The notes under the pieces were generated by a model. The model made no database searches, had not been told where the DNA came from, and worked only from the letters and a program-made list of their open reading frames with translations. Below, piece by piece: positions 17,076 to 27,512 of a stretch of 64,000 nt of DNA. This DNA comes from an uncultured Candidatus Saccharibacteria bacterium (lineage in GTDB: Bacteria; Patescibacteriota; Saccharimonadia; Saccharimonadales; JACDBH01), in contig CAZBAF010000001.1 in NCBI GenBank assembly GCA_964490245.1, positions 25,149 to 89,148 on the forward strand. The letters run 5' to 3'. Numbering within the stretch: position 1 is the stretch's first letter; each line of letters starts with the position of its first letter. The position numbers were made by a program, and so were the translations under genes.

Positions 17076-18230
17076 ATGGATTTTGACCTAAAGAGCCTGG
17101 GGGCGGCCATAAAGGCAATTGCCGAAGAAAAGAATTTATCAGAAGAAACCGTGCAGGAGGTGGTCGAGCAGGCGCTGGCTGCTGCCTACCGCCGCGACTG
17201 GGGTGACCGTGAGCAGGACGTTCGTGTCACCATGAACCTCAACACCGGCGAGGTAGACGCGTATATCACCAAAACCGTTGTTGACGAAGTCGAGGACGAG
17301 TACCTGGACATCAGCCTTAAAGATGCAAAAGCTCTCAAAAAGGACGCCGCAGTTGGTGATACCATTGAGATTCATCAAAAGGTTGAGTCATTCGGCCGCG
17401 TAGCCGCCCAGACCGCCAAGCAGGTTATTCTGCAGCGCCTGCGCGAGGCCGAGCGCGAAATTGTCATGAACGAGTTTGAGGACAAGATCGGCACTGTTAT
17501 TAACGGTATCGTCAGCCGCGTAGAGGGCAATATTGTCCGCATGGAGCTGGGCAAGGCACAGGCCATTATGCCGCGCAGCGAGCAGATTCAGAACGAGCGC
17601 TATTATCCCGGCCAGCGGCTCAAAGTTTATCTTAAGGACGTTGAGCGCGGTTTCCGCGGTCCGCAGCTGGTGGTCAGCCGCGGCTCAAAGGAGTTTATCG
17701 AATGGCTGTTCAGGGCTGAGGTACCCGAAATGGAAAGCGGCGCCGTGCAGATTAAAGCCATCGCCCGCGAGGCCGGCGTGCGCAGCAAAATCGCTGTTGC
17801 CAGCACCGTACAGGGCGTCGACCCGGTCGGCACCTTTGTGGGCGGTCACGGCACTCGCGTGAATGCCGTCATGTCAGAGGTTGGCGAGCAGGAAAAGATC
17901 GACATCGTGGTGTGGGACGAAGACATCAAGACCTTTATATCGAATGCGCTGAGCCCCACTAAGGTGAACAGCGTCAGTATTGATGAGGCAGCCAAAAAAG
18001 CCATTGTTACGGTAGACGAGGATCAGCTTAGCATTGCCATCGGCAAGAGCGGTCAGAACGTCCGCCTGGCCAGCAAGCTGGCAGAGTACGATATCGACAT
18101 CGTGGCCGAAAAACAGACGGCTGGTGAATCCGAAGCGGTTGTCGAGGCCGTCAAACCGGTCCAAAAACTCAAGCGCAAGGACCAGCTCGAAAGCAGTCTG
18201 CTCGAGGCTATCGAAGAACACGGAGAATAA
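17076..18230 (+). CDS. nusA: transcription termination/antitermination factor NusA
   Basis: 384 aa with N-terminal domain, S1 domain (GTVINGIVSRVEGNIVRMELGKAQAIMP) and two KH domains (GVDPVGTFVGGHGTRV, IAIGKSGQNVRLASKL). Confidence 0.95.
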   Translation: MDFDLKSLGAAIKAIAEEKNLSEETVQEVVEQALAAAYRRDWGDREQDVRVTMNLNTGEVDAYITKTVVDEVEDEYLDISLKDAKALKKDAAVGDTIEIHQKVESFGRVAAQTAKQVILQRLREAEREIVMNEFEDKIGTVINGIVSRVEGNIVRMELGKAQAIMPRSEQIQNERYYPGQRLKVYLKDVERGFRGPQLVVSRGSKEFIEWLFRAEVPEMESGAVQIKAIAREAGVRSKIAVASTVQGVDPVGTFVGGHGTRVNAVMSEVGEQEKIDIVVWDEDIKTFISNALSPTKVNSVSIDEAAKKAIVTVDEDQLSIAIGKSGQNVRLASKLAEYDIDIVAEKQTAGESEAVVEAVKPVQKLKRKDQLESSLLEAIEEHGE

Positions 18231-18285
18231 AGTGGGCGCAGGACGCGCAGAGTACGGCAGTTCAATACATCACCAGAAGGGATTG

Positions 18286-18960
18286 ATGCGTGTTGCCGGG
18301 GCTGTGTTGGCGGGCTCTGCGCTTATCGGCTGCGGTCATGATGGCGCACGGGAAGTCCTGTCGGCGCCAACGACAAGTACCAGTACGACCATTGCAGAGA
18401 GGACGCCGGAGACGGTTGCGCCGGATTATGAGACGCAGGCCAGAACAGCGGTCAATAGCACGCTTGAGCAGCTGCGACAAAACGGACTGGCACAGGCGGC
18501 TGGCACGTTTCTGGTTGCCAAAGATGTCTGTATGTCATGGAATACGCATGACGGCAGAACAGTGGTAGTGGCGCATTATGTTCAGTACCGGCATCAAAAT
18601 GACGAAGAGCGGCTATGGCTCAATTTTGCTATGGCCCGCGATGCGGCAACCGGCCTGAATATTCCGCAAGAGGGTACCTTTACCTGGGGTCTGATGCAGA
18701 AAGGCGGCAAAAATCCGCGAGCAGAAACAACCGTTGATACTGCACACGTACCAGGAGAGACCGCATACATAAGTGCACGCGGGCCGCAAGCCGGCCAAAT
18801 CGTTGATTTTGGCAACGATGCTTTTTTGGCGGACGGCGAGTTCCCGGCACTGCTGACCGATGATGGTCAGCAGGTTGCTGTGACATTCGCAGGCAGCAGG
18901 CAGGGTGCACAGGAATTTGTCGACAGATACTGCAGCTTTCCCGGCATGGAAATCAATTAG
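18286..18960 (+). CDS. putative lipoprotein, hypothetical
   Basis: ATG 18286 follows AAGG. Signal peptide with lipobox: MRVAGAVLAGSALIGC. The ORF-track start at 18034 would overlap nusA and is rejected. Confidence 0.6.
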   Translation: MRVAGAVLAGSALIGCGHDGAREVLSAPTTSTSTTIAERTPETVAPDYETQARTAVNSTLEQLRQNGLAQAAGTFLVAKDVCMSWNTHDGRTVVVAHYVQYRHQNDEERLWLNFAMARDAATGLNIPQEGTFTWGLMQKGGKNPRAETTVDTAHVPGETAYISARGPQAGQIVDFGNDAFLADGEFPALLTDDGQQVAVTFAGSRQGAQEFVDRYCSFPGMEIN

Positions 18961-19025
18961 TCTTTTTAAGAGCCTATAACTGGACGGAGTTCAGGATCTG
19001 GGCAACAGATGACACGCAATCACTT

Positions 19026-19052
19026 TTAGCACTCTTGACCCGCGAGTGCCAG
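19026..19052 (+). promoter_or_regulatory. CIRCE-like inverted repeat overlapping the clpC promoter
   Basis: TTAGCACTC-ttgacccgc-GAGTGCCAG against the consensus TTAGCACTC-N9-GAGTGCTAA (left arm 9/9, right arm 7/9). TTGACC (19035-40)-N16-TGcTATACT (19054-62) is embedded in it. Confidence 0.65.
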
Positions 19053-19127
19053 ATGCTATACTTAGTAGAGCTGGTACTTTGGCTGCATGCCGAAGACTAA
19101 GGTCTACCAGCTAAGGATTGTGTATTA

Positions 19128-21623
19128 ATGATGCCATCATCACCTGATTTTCAGGAATTTTTGAATCATCTTACGGACAATGCGCTGCAAAGTCTTAAGC
19201 ATGCAGACGCCATTGCCCGCAGCTTTAACAGCCCGTACATTGGTACGGAGCATTTGCTGTTGGGTGTGCTGGCCCAGGACAGCTCAATGGGGGCCAAGAT
19301 GCTGGAAGGTGCAGGCGTGACGCTGGAGCGCGCCCGGGTTGCGCTTAACCTGACGCCAAAAAGCATTGTTATTAATATGGGGGCAAAGGGCCTGAGCGAG
19401 ACTGCCAAGCTGACGCTCAAGATGGCCTACGAACTGGCCCAGGAATTTAACCAGGAATTTTGCGGGACCGAGCACATTCTCTACAGTATTCTCAGTCAAA
19501 AGAACGCCCGCGCCACCACGCTGCTGCGTGATATGAGTGTCAACGTAGACGGTCTGACGGGCGAACTCGAGCAGTTCCTCAACCGCCAGCAGTACGAGGA
19601 CAACAGCGATACAACTTCGCGCCGCCGTGCCAAGCGCAGCCGCGGTAAAACAGCACTTGATATTTACGGTACAGATCTAACAGCTCAGGCCAGAAGCGGC
19701 AAGCTTGATCCGGTTGTGGGGCGCGAGGCGCAGATTCGCCGGGTTATTACCATCCTCAACCGTCGCACCAAGAACAACCCGGTTCTGATCGGTGAGCCCG
19801 GTGTCGGTAAGACTGCCATTGTCGAGGGTCTGGCGCAGCGCATTATTGCCGAGGACGTGCCGGACAGCCTGATCGACAAGCGGATTATCACCCTTGATCT
19901 GGCCGGTATGATTGCCGGTACCAAGTACCGCGGTGAGTTTGAAGAGCGGCTTAAGAAAGTCATGGCCGAACTCGAGCAGGACAATAAAGCCATCATATTT
20001 ATTGATGAGCTGCACCTGATTGTCGGCGCCGGCGCTGCCGAAGGGTCGATGGACGCCGGAAACATTCTTAAACCGTCTCTGGCCCGCGGACACATACAGC
20101 TGATTGGCGCCACTACTACAAACGAATACACCAAATATGTTGAAAAAGACGCCGCACTTGAGCGCCGCTTCCAGCCGGTACAGGTGCCCGAGACCACAGT
20201 GCCCGAAACACTGGCCATCTTAAAGGGCCTGCGCAAGCATTACGAACAGTTCCATAGTGTCGCCATTGGTGACAGCGTGCTTGAAGACACCGTGACTTTA
20301 GCTAAGCGCTATATCAATGACCGCTTTATGCCCGACAAGGCAATAGACCTGCTGGATGAGGCAGCTGCCCACCTGCGTGTCGACAAGGGCAAGACGCCGC
20401 CGGCCTTGCGCAAGCTGCAAAAAGAGCTCAAGCTGCTTAATATCCGTATCGATGATGCAGTCGACAGCGAAGATTACCAGAAGGCTGCCGAGTACAAGCA
20501 GCGCGCTTCACAGATTCGCGCCGAGATTGAAAAACTCCAGGCTAAGGGCGCCGGCGGTCGCAAGCTCAAGCTGACCAGCGAAGACGTGGCTGACGTTGTG
20601 GCCCGTATGACCGGTGTACCGGTTAACAAGGTTATCCGCAGCGAGGCCAAATATCTGCGCAATCTTGAGCAAAACCTGAGCAAGCATATTATCGGCCAGG
20701 ACGAAGCAGTTGAGGCGCTGGCGCGTGCTGTGCGCCGTAACCGCGTTGGCATTGGTCAGACATCACGTCCGATCGGCTCGTTCATTTTCCTGGGCCCCAC
20801 CGGTGTGGGTAAGACCGAGCTGGCCCGCGTGCTGGCCCGCGAATTCTTTGGGTCGGATAACGCGCTCGTCAAAATCGATATGAGCGAGTTCGGCGAACAC
20901 CACACAGTCTCGCGGCTGGTCGGTGCACCGGCCGGTTATGTCGGTTACGATGACGGCGGCCAGCTGACAGATAAGATTCGCCGCCAGCCCTACAGCGTCG
21001 TGCTGTTTGACGAAATCGAAAAAGCCCACCCCGAGGTCTTTAACATGCTGCTGCAGCTGCTCGAGGACGGGCGGCTCAGCGATGCCAAAGGTCGCGCCAT
21101 TGACTTTACTAATACCATTGTCATCATGACCAGTAACATCGGTGCCGAAAAGCTGCAAAAAGAAGCCAGCTTCGGGTTCCAGGCGGCAGGCCGCAAAGAC
21201 ATAGAGGATCTGGACGAACTGCACGCCGAGAACAAGCACAAGGTGCTGGACGATCTCAAAAAACTTCTGCGTCCGGAGCTGCTGAACCGTATCGACAAGA
21301 CCATCGTTTTCCGCGCCCTTACCAAAAAAGACGCGTTGAGCATTATGGATCTGCAGCTTGATGAGCTGCGTTCGCGGCTGGTCAAACACGGTATTGGCCT
21401 GCAGGTCTCGCCGGCCGCCAAGCAGGTGCTGCTCGAAAAGGGCTACGATGCCAAGAACGGTGTCCGGCCTATGCGCCGGCTGATTGCTGATGACATTGAG
21501 GACCGGATTGCCAACGGTTTGCTTGATGAGGAGTACCAGAAGGGCGACATCGTTCAGGTTGGTGCCGCGAAGGGCAAGCTGGCCTTTAGCGTCCTGCAGG
21601 AAAAGGCCGCCCGGGTCAGCTAG
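19128..21623 (+). CDS. clpC: ATP-dependent Clp protease ATP-binding subunit ClpC
   Basis: 831 aa. Two Clp_N repeats, two AAA+ modules ([15 protein letters not shown]; [15 protein letters not shown]) and a UVR-like linker ([23 protein letters not shown]). Confidence 0.93.
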   Translation: MMPSSPDFQEFLNHLTDNALQSLKHADAIARSFNSPYIGTEHLLLGVLAQDSSMGAKMLEGAGVTLERARVALNLTPKSIVINMGAKGLSETAKLTLKMAYELAQEFNQEFCGTEHILYSILSQKNARATTLLRDMSVNVDGLTGELEQFLNRQQYEDNSDTTSRRRAKRSRGKTALDIYGTDLTAQARSGKLDPVVGREAQIRRVITILNRRTKNNPVLIGEPGVGKTAIVEGLAQRIIAEDVPDSLIDKRIITLDLAGMIAGTKYRGEFEERLKKVMAELEQDNKAIIFIDELHLIVGAGAAEGSMDAGNILKPSLARGHIQLIGATTTNEYTKYVEKDAALERRFQPVQVPETTVPETLAILKGLRKHYEQFHSVAIGDSVLEDTVTLAKRYINDRFMPDKAIDLLDEAAAHLRVDKGKTPPALRKLQKELKLLNIRIDDAVDSEDYQKAAEYKQRASQIRAEIEKLQAKGAGGRKLKLTSEDVADVVARMTGVPVNKVIRSEAKYLRNLEQNLSKHIIGQDEAVEALARAVRRNRVGIGQTSRPIGSFIFLGPTGVGKTELARVLAREFFGSDNALVKIDMSEFGEHHTVSRLVGAPAGYVGYDDGGQLTDKIRRQPYSVVLFDEIEKAHPEVFNMLLQLLEDGRLSDAKGRAIDFTNTIVIMTSNIGAEKLQKEASFGFQAAGRKDIEDLDELHAENKHKVLDDLKKLLRPELLNRIDKTIVFRALTKKDALSIMDLQLDELRSRLVKHGIGLQVSPAAKQVLLEKGYDAKNGVRPMRRLIADDIEDRIANGLLDEEYQKGDIVQVGAAKGKLAFSVLQEKAARVS

Positions 21624-21705
21624 GCCCTGCGCACTGGGGCGGCCGCGGATGGCGGTAAAAAATTACACCGCCCTAAATACAAGTAAGCTATAATTGTCTT
21701 GATAT

Positions 21706-22674
21706 ATGCGCATCGGGAAGGTACTGGGTTTTGGAACGGTGTTGCTGTCGCTGGCAGCCTTGCTGCTGATGACAGTGTTCCGGCAGGATATCCAGGACTG
21801 GCGGCGTCTGCAGGGATACACGCCGCCGCCCGAAATCGTCGCTTTGGCCCAGGACACCACAATGTTGGATTCTGCCCGGCGTCTGTTTTATATTCAGCAC
21901 CCGCAGCTTACCGATAAGGTGACTTTTAATGAGCATTGCCGTCAGAACGAGCAAAGTATTGTGCTGGGGTGTTATGTCAGCAATCACGGTATCTACCTGC
22001 TGGATGTCACTGATGAACGGCTGGCCGGTGTAAAGCAAGTCACAGCCGCGCACGAGCTGCTGCATGCGGCGTATGAGCGTTTGTCTGACAAAGAGCGCCG
22101 TCAGGTTGATGGCTGGCTCCAGCAGGTCTATGACGGGCTCAATGACGAGCACGTCAAAAAAACCGTCGAGCTGTACCGCGAACATGACCCGTCCGTGGTC
22201 CCGAACGAGCTACATTCCATTATCGGCACCGAGGTGCGCGACCTGCCCGTACATCTTGAGGAGTACTACAGCCGATATTTTAGCGACCGGCTGAAGATTG
22301 TGGCGTTCTCTGAACAGTACGAGCAGGCCTTTATCGAGCGCCGCAACCAGATACGCGGCTATGACGAGCAGTTGGCAACGCTCAAAGGCCGGATAGAAGG
22401 CCTGCAGAATGACCTGGCGTCAGCACATGCCGAGCTGACCGGACAGCGCAGCCACATGAACCAGCTGCGCCGCGATGGCCAGATAGAGGCCTACAACAGC
22501 GAGGTACCGCGCTACAACGCGCGCGTCAACCAGTACAATCGTGATATAGACCGGCTGCAGACGCTAATTGCGCAGTATAACGATCTGGTTCAGCAACGTA
22601 ACGCCATTGCCAGCGAAGAAGCCGAACTGGTGGAGGCTATCGACAGCCGGACTGCTATTCCGCGGCAACTCTAG
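21706..22674 (+). CDS. membrane-anchored hypothetical protein with HExxH motif and C-terminal coiled coil
   Basis: N-terminal TM helix (VLGFGTVLLSLAALLLMTVF), VTAAHELLHAAY, and a heptad-rich C-terminus (RYNARVNQYNRDIDRLQTLIAQYNDLVQQ). Confidence 0.6.
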   Translation: MRIGKVLGFGTVLLSLAALLLMTVFRQDIQDWRRLQGYTPPPEIVALAQDTTMLDSARRLFYIQHPQLTDKVTFNEHCRQNEQSIVLGCYVSNHGIYLLDVTDERLAGVKQVTAAHELLHAAYERLSDKERRQVDGWLQQVYDGLNDEHVKKTVELYREHDPSVVPNELHSIIGTEVRDLPVHLEEYYSRYFSDRLKIVAFSEQYEQAFIERRNQIRGYDEQLATLKGRIEGLQNDLASAHAELTGQRSHMNQLRRDGQIEAYNSEVPRYNARVNQYNRDIDRLQTLIAQYNDLVQQRNAIASEEAELVEAIDSRTAIPRQL

Positions 22675-22706
22675 AGTAATAGGTAATAGGTGATAGATAA
22701 TAGGTA

Positions 22707-22860
22707 ATTATGGTTCGCTGCAGAGAAATATGAAATATGGAATAAGAAACAGGAAATATGGGGTTTAGGCAGGATATCTCTCTTGGTAACGTTGGCTAGT
22801 CTATAACATGTAACAGGGGTAGATATTGACAAACTCTTGACAAGTATGCTATAATAAAAA
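22707..22860. repeat. right copy of the 154-bp perfect inverted repeat (partner 10381-10534)
   Basis: See the left copy. Imperfect homology extends to about 22664-22945. Confidence 0.95.
22826..22855 (+). promoter_or_regulatory. strong sigma70-like promoter TTGACA-N18-TGcTATAAT inside the repeat, pointing toward radA
   Basis: Hexamers read directly. The mirror copy on the minus strand at 10386-10415 points toward the pilB 3' end. Confidence 0.6.
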
Positions 22861-22962
22861 TATAGGGTGCATGAAGCTAGGCAAGCTTTGTACTGTCAAA
22901 ATCCCACCAGAGGCCTTAAGTTTGCTTAAGGTTTGCGGCGGGATACACGTTATACTAAGGCT

Positions 22963-24309
22963 ATGGCCAAAAAGGGAAGTGTCAAATACGTCTGCCAGAA
23001 CTGCGGGGCTGTCCATACGTCGTGGATGGGGCGCTGCAGCACTTGCGGCGAATGGAACACAATCTCGGAGCAGCTTGATGCCGCTACGCTCAGCAAGCCT
23101 ACTGGCCGCCAGTTGCCGGTTACGGATGCAAAAACGGTGGCAAAGGCCAAGAAGCGTCCGCGTATTGGCGCCGGGCTTACCAGCGTCAATGACGTTTTAG
23201 GCGGCGGCTTTGTGCCGGGCTCGGTGACGCTGATAGCCGGCCAGCCGGGTATCGGCAAAAGCACATTATTATTACAAATTGCTTATGAAGCGGCCAAGAG
23301 TACCCGAGTGCTGTATATAAGCGGCGAGGAATCGGTCGAGCAGGTGGGGATGCGGGCCGGTCGACTTGGCGCCAATCATCAGGATTTGCAGCTTGCCTCC
23401 AGCACATCGGCTGATGATATTGCTGCCACACTGGCAGCCGGCGATCATGATCTGGTGGTGGTGGATTCTATTCAGACGGTTTCGGTGGCAGCGGTGGCGT
23501 CGGCTGCCGGGTCGGTGGCCCAGATCACTAACAGCACTCAGCTGCTGATGCATGCCGCCAAAGCCAGCAACACCGCTCTTTTGTTGGTAGGCCACGTGAC
23601 CAAAGAGGGCTCCATAGCCGGACCAAAGGTGCTCGAGCACGTCGTTGATGTGGTGCTGCAGCTGGAGGGCGACCGCTACGGCGGCTTCAAAATCTTACGC
23701 AGCGTCAAAAACCGGTTTGGCTCTACCAGCGAGTCAGCTATTTTTGAAATGAAAGAAAACGGCCTGATACCGGTCGATAACCCATCGGCCGCCCTGCTTG
23801 AGGAACGTCAGGTCAGTGACGGTTCGGTGGTGCTGGCTACTATTGAGGGCGCCCGGCCGCTGCTGGTCGAGGTGCAGGCGCTGGTCAATACCACCGCCTA
23901 TGGGTACCCTAAACGTACTGCAGCCGGCTTTGATCTGAACCGGCTAAATCTGCTGGTGGCTATGCTGGAGCGCCGTACCAAACTTAAATTGTCTGACAAG
24001 GATATTTATATCAACATCGTCGGCGGGCTGCGCCTGAGTGATCCGGCGGCCGATCTGGCGGTATGTATGGCGGTGGCGTCGGCTGCTAAGGGTATGCAGC
24101 TTAAGGACGATGCCGTAGTGTTTGGTGAGGTGGGACTCAGCGGCGAAGTCCGCCGGGTGCCGTTTGCCGATAAGCGTGTGGCTGAGGCGGCCAAGCTGGG
24201 GTTTTCGGGTGCCATTGTACCGGCTAAAAGCGCCGACAAAAAACATGCCGCATTTGTGCACGAGGTGCGCACCGTACGCGAGGCACTGAACAGCTTCCTC
24301 AGCAAATAA
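22963..24309 (+). CDS. radA: DNA repair protein RadA/Sms
   Basis: ATG 22963 follows AAGG. Zinc finger YVCQNCGAVHTSWMGRCSTCGEWNT, Walker A GQPGIGKSTLLLQ, KNRFG motif and a Lon-like C-terminus. Confidence 0.95.
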   Translation: MAKKGSVKYVCQNCGAVHTSWMGRCSTCGEWNTISEQLDAATLSKPTGRQLPVTDAKTVAKAKKRPRIGAGLTSVNDVLGGGFVPGSVTLIAGQPGIGKSTLLLQIAYEAAKSTRVLYISGEESVEQVGMRAGRLGANHQDLQLASSTSADDIAATLAAGDHDLVVVDSIQTVSVAAVASAAGSVAQITNSTQLLMHAAKASNTALLLVGHVTKEGSIAGPKVLEHVVDVVLQLEGDRYGGFKILRSVKNRFGSTSESAIFEMKENGLIPVDNPSAALLEERQVSDGSVVLATIEGARPLLVEVQALVNTTAYGYPKRTAAGFDLNRLNLLVAMLERRTKLKLSDKDIYINIVGGLRLSDPAADLAVCMAVASAAKGMQLKDDAVVFGEVGLSGEVRRVPFADKRVAEAAKLGFSGAIVPAKSADKKHAAFVHEVRTVREALNSFLSK

Positions 24310-24329
24310 GTTACCCGGCTGACAGATTA

Positions 24330-27300
24330 TCAGTACGAGACTGTAATGACATTGGAGACCGCGTCGCTGTTGTCCTTGCCGTACACCCGCGTGCCCGATG
24401 GCAGGGTGGCTTTGGGTACATTGTTACAGCTGCCGCCGCTGCAGACCTGGGTGTTATTATCTTCGCGGTACACCCGTACGTTGCCGCTGGCACCTGACCA
24501 GTCAAAATCTATATGAGCGGCAGAAGTAGTAAAGGAAAGGCTGAACCCGCCCGAGGCCACAAAGTTGGTAGTGACCGGATTGGAGGTGCTGCTATAGAGG
24601 ACACTGTCGATGACCTCAGCAGTGACGGTGGCAGTACCGCTTTGAGTTGGCGTATAGCTGATGCCGGCTTGAGCCTCGGCTATGGTAACCGAGCCGCCGC
24701 TGACTGTCTGGCCGTTGACTTTAAAGTTGACGACACCGGCACGGTCTTCGCTGTTAAGCGGGTGGGTACCCTGCGTCACCGTGGCGCGCAATGTATAGGT
24801 CGGCCCGCTTCCCAGCACTGCAACTGTGGCACTCGGTCGTGCGTCAGTACACAAGTGCACGTCATCCCGCTCGCTGATATTGCTGTCGCCGCTGGCAGCA
24901 TCCACAAAGGTATCGCCGCTGTGCTGGGTGGCAGAGCCGGTGGTCTCCTCTCTTTTGGCCAGTTCCGGTGTGCACTCGGTGGCCAGCTTGCCCGAGACAA
25001 TATCAATCACCTGCCGTTCGCGGTTGCCGCTGCGCCGCTGATACCACGAGGGGTAAAGATCGTTTTCGGGGCTGGGCTCGATGGTGCCGTTACCCACATG
25101 GTGACGGATGACATAAGCCGGCAGGGTCTGGACGCCGCCGGGCCGCTGCCAGTCCTGTGGCTCGAGTTCGCGGTGGACCCGTGTCATCCAGTTGTTGAAT
25201 ATGGGCCGTGTCATGACCTCCATAGCGCCGCTCATGGGCCGTGTACGGTTGTGATAGCCAACCCAGACGGCGGCCGCGTACTTAGTGGAGTAGCCGGTCA
25301 TCCAGCCGTCTTTGGCGTCGTTGGTGGTACCGGTTTTAACAGCAAACTTCCATTCACCCTTGTTGCCGCGGAAGCGCTGGATCTTTTGCCCGAAGTAGCT
25401 GGCCCGCGGGTCAGACAGCATGTCATTCATGATATAGGCGGTGTCCGGCCGGACTGTTTGAATGCCGCCCTCAAGCTTCCATTCGTTGATGGGTTTGTTG
25501 TTGGAGTCCTCAATTTTAAGGATGTAAGTGCGCTTGAGGCTGAGGCCGTTGCGGCTGAGTGTGGCCAGACCGTGGACGTGCTCGTCCATCTTTAGATACG
25601 CACCGTCACCGATGGCTGCCGAGGCATAGCATTGGTCTTCGTTGGCCGGGATAAACTCGACCGTCTCGGGCGCATAGCAGTTATAGCCGTAGCCTTTGGG
25701 GTTGCTGGCATTCATGATGTTTTCGGCTGTTTCGATGGTCTTGTCGACGCCGGCGATCAGCATGGCCTTAACAGCCGGTACGTTACGCGAGGCACCCAGT
25801 GCATAGCGGATGGTGACCGGGCCGGGGAAGCGCCGGTCAAAGTCATGCAGACAGTTGCCGCCGTGCTGCGGCAGAGCGTGGTTAGTACAGGGGTAGCCGG
25901 GCAGCGGGGCTTTGTTGTCATAGAGCACCGTACCGGCCCCGACGTTGTTGGTGTTTTCTATAAGTGCAGCATAGTCATACGGCTTGATGCTCGAGCCGGG
26001 CGGCAGCGGCATACGGGCATAGTTGTTTTTGCCGTAGGTCTCGTTGTTGAAGTCCGGACCGCCGACCAGCGCTATGATCTGGCCGGTCTCGACGTCTTCG
26101 GCTGCAAAGGCCGCCACGTTGCCGCCCTGCCTGATGACCTGGGCCATGCCGTTGGCAACTTCTTCTTCGGCAATCTGTTGTTTTTCCAGATCAAGCGTGG
26201 TGATGACTTTCCAGCCACTGCGGTTAACGGTTTCGGCGCCGTAATCGGCGTCAAGCTCTTCTTTGGCGGCCAGCACAAAGTACGGTGCTTTAATGCCGTC
26301 ATATTTGCTGTCGGGCCGCTGAACGGTTGCAATCACGTCAATTTCTTTGGTTGCATCGCGCTCTTCTTTGTCGATAAAACCCATTTCATGCATGATGTCC
26401 AGCGTGTAATGCATGCGATAGGTCAGTGCCTGCCGGCCGGTTGTGCCCTGAGAGTTCTCTTCATTAAAGTAGGCGCCGTAGGGTGAGTAATAGCTGGGAG
26501 CCTGCGGAATAGCGGCCAAAAAGACAGATTCCGCCAATGTCAGATCTTTGGCGTCTTTACGGAAGTAGTCCTGGGCGGCAGCCTGGGCGCCGTACTGAAT
26601 GTTGCCGTACGGGGCGGCGTTAAGATAACCGGTCAGGATTTCATCTTTGGTGTAGCTGCGCTCCATCTCGACCGCAATAATCAGCTCGCGGACCTTGCGG
26701 GTATAGGATCGGTCGGCGCTCCAATCCAGGGACAGCTTGACCAGCTGCTGGGTAATGGTTGAACCGCCCTGACTGGTTGATCCGCCGGTCATGTTGGCCC
26801 AGGCGGCACGGGTGATGCCTCTTACGTCAAAACCGCCGTGTTTATAAAAGTCGCGATCTTCCAGTGCAATGGTGGCGTGTTTAAGATGCTCGGCAATCTG
26901 GTCACTCGGTACCGGCACACGCTTGACGGCGTCATAATCCTCCCACAGCAGCGTTTGCCCGGTTCGGTCATAATAGCGGATACTGCCGCCGATGTTATTG
27001 CCGGAGATATCGCGCAGGTTGGGCAGGTCTTTACGGAAGTAGGCAAACACACCGATCATCAAAAAGAACAGTACAAAAACGCTGATGCCGGTGACCTTAA
27101 GGGCCATGATACCGCCCTCGCGGCTGAACCAGTAAGCCGCCAGGCGCTTGGGGTGCAGGCGATAAAAGAAGCGTTTAACCCGGCTTTTGGGCATGCCTTT
27201 CAGGCGTTCGGCTTTGCGCAGGGCTTTCTCATCGCGGGCCGCTTTAATACGGTCGCTTAAAGAGGTATGAACCTTAATAGTCTTGCCGCTTTTGGTCACA

Positions 27301-27356
27301 TGGACGTTGCGGGGTCTGCGGGTCTTGGCAGAACCGGCAGGTTGTTTTTTTGCCAT
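24330..27356 (-). CDS. class A penicillin-binding protein (glycosyltransferase plus transpeptidase) with long C-terminal beta-rich extension
   Basis: 1008 aa. GT51 motifs EDRDFYKHGG and GGSTITQQLVK; transpeptidase motifs SSIKP and KTGTTND. The ~250-aa Thr/Ser/Gly-rich C-terminal region looks Ig-like. Confidence 0.9.
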   Translation of the reverse strand: MAKKQPAGSAKTRRPRNVHVTKSGKTIKVHTSLSDRIKAARDEKALRKAERLKGMPKSRVKRFFYRLHPKRLAAYWFSREGGIMALKVTGISVFVLFFLMIGVFAYFRKDLPNLRDISGNNIGGSIRYYDRTGQTLLWEDYDAVKRVPVPSDQIAEHLKHATIALEDRDFYKHGGFDVRGITRAAWANMTGGSTSQGGSTITQQLVKLSLDWSADRSYTRKVRELIIAVEMERSYTKDEILTGYLNAAPYGNIQYGAQAAAQDYFRKDAKDLTLAESVFLAAIPQAPSYYSPYGAYFNEENSQGTTGRQALTYRMHYTLDIMHEMGFIDKEERDATKEIDVIATVQRPDSKYDGIKAPYFVLAAKEELDADYGAETVNRSGWKVITTLDLEKQQIAEEEVANGMAQVIRQGGNVAAFAAEDVETGQIIALVGGPDFNNETYGKNNYARMPLPPGSSIKPYDYAALIENTNNVGAGTVLYDNKAPLPGYPCTNHALPQHGGNCLHDFDRRFPGPVTIRYALGASRNVPAVKAMLIAGVDKTIETAENIMNASNPKGYGYNCYAPETVEFIPANEDQCYASAAIGDGAYLKMDEHVHGLATLSRNGLSLKRTYILKIEDSNNKPINEWKLEGGIQTVRPDTAYIMNDMLSDPRASYFGQKIQRFRGNKGEWKFAVKTGTTNDAKDGWMTGYSTKYAAAVWVGYHNRTRPMSGAMEVMTRPIFNNWMTRVHRELEPQDWQRPGGVQTLPAYVIRHHVGNGTIEPSPENDLYPSWYQRRSGNRERQVIDIVSGKLATECTPELAKREETTGSATQHSGDTFVDAASGDSNISERDDVHLCTDARPSATVAVLGSGPTYTLRATVTQGTHPLNSEDRAGVVNFKVNGQTVSGGSVTIAEAQAGISYTPTQSGTATVTAEVIDSVLYSSTSNPVTTNFVASGGFSLSFTTSAAHIDFDWSGASGNVRVYREDNNTQVCSGGSCNNVPKATLPSGTRVYGKDNSDAVSNVITVSY

Positions 27357-27512
27357 TTGAATTAACCTTACCTCGAGCTCCTTAGTGTCTTTCCTAGTAT
27401 AGCAAAATGCTTATTGCAAAACATACTTTTTAGGAGTTTTAGTGTCCTTCAGATAGGATATAATATGAACGGCTATCATACTAACCTAAACAAACTGAGA
27501 GCAACCTTAGAA

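Noticed and set aside
18034-18285. Upstream extension of the lipoprotein ORF that overlaps the last 197 nt of nusA.
   Set aside because: The extension is Ser/Arg/Lys-rich out-of-frame nusA sequence. ATG 18286 gives a canonical lipoprotein signal peptide with an AAGG Shine-Dalgarno.
22871-23200. 109-aa ORF starting just after the repeat-borne promoter and overlapping radA out of frame.
   Set aside because: Beyond about 25 codons it is simply the +2 frame of radA. Only its first ~11 codons are shared with the left repeat copy; this is reported separately as a low-confidence short ORF.
27414-27512. Longer tyrS starts at 27414 and 27465.
   Set aside because: The ATG at 27465 abuts a GATATAAT -10-like box, so it would probably lie upstream of the transcript start. 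The conserved TyrS N-terminus begins at the Met encoded at 27513.
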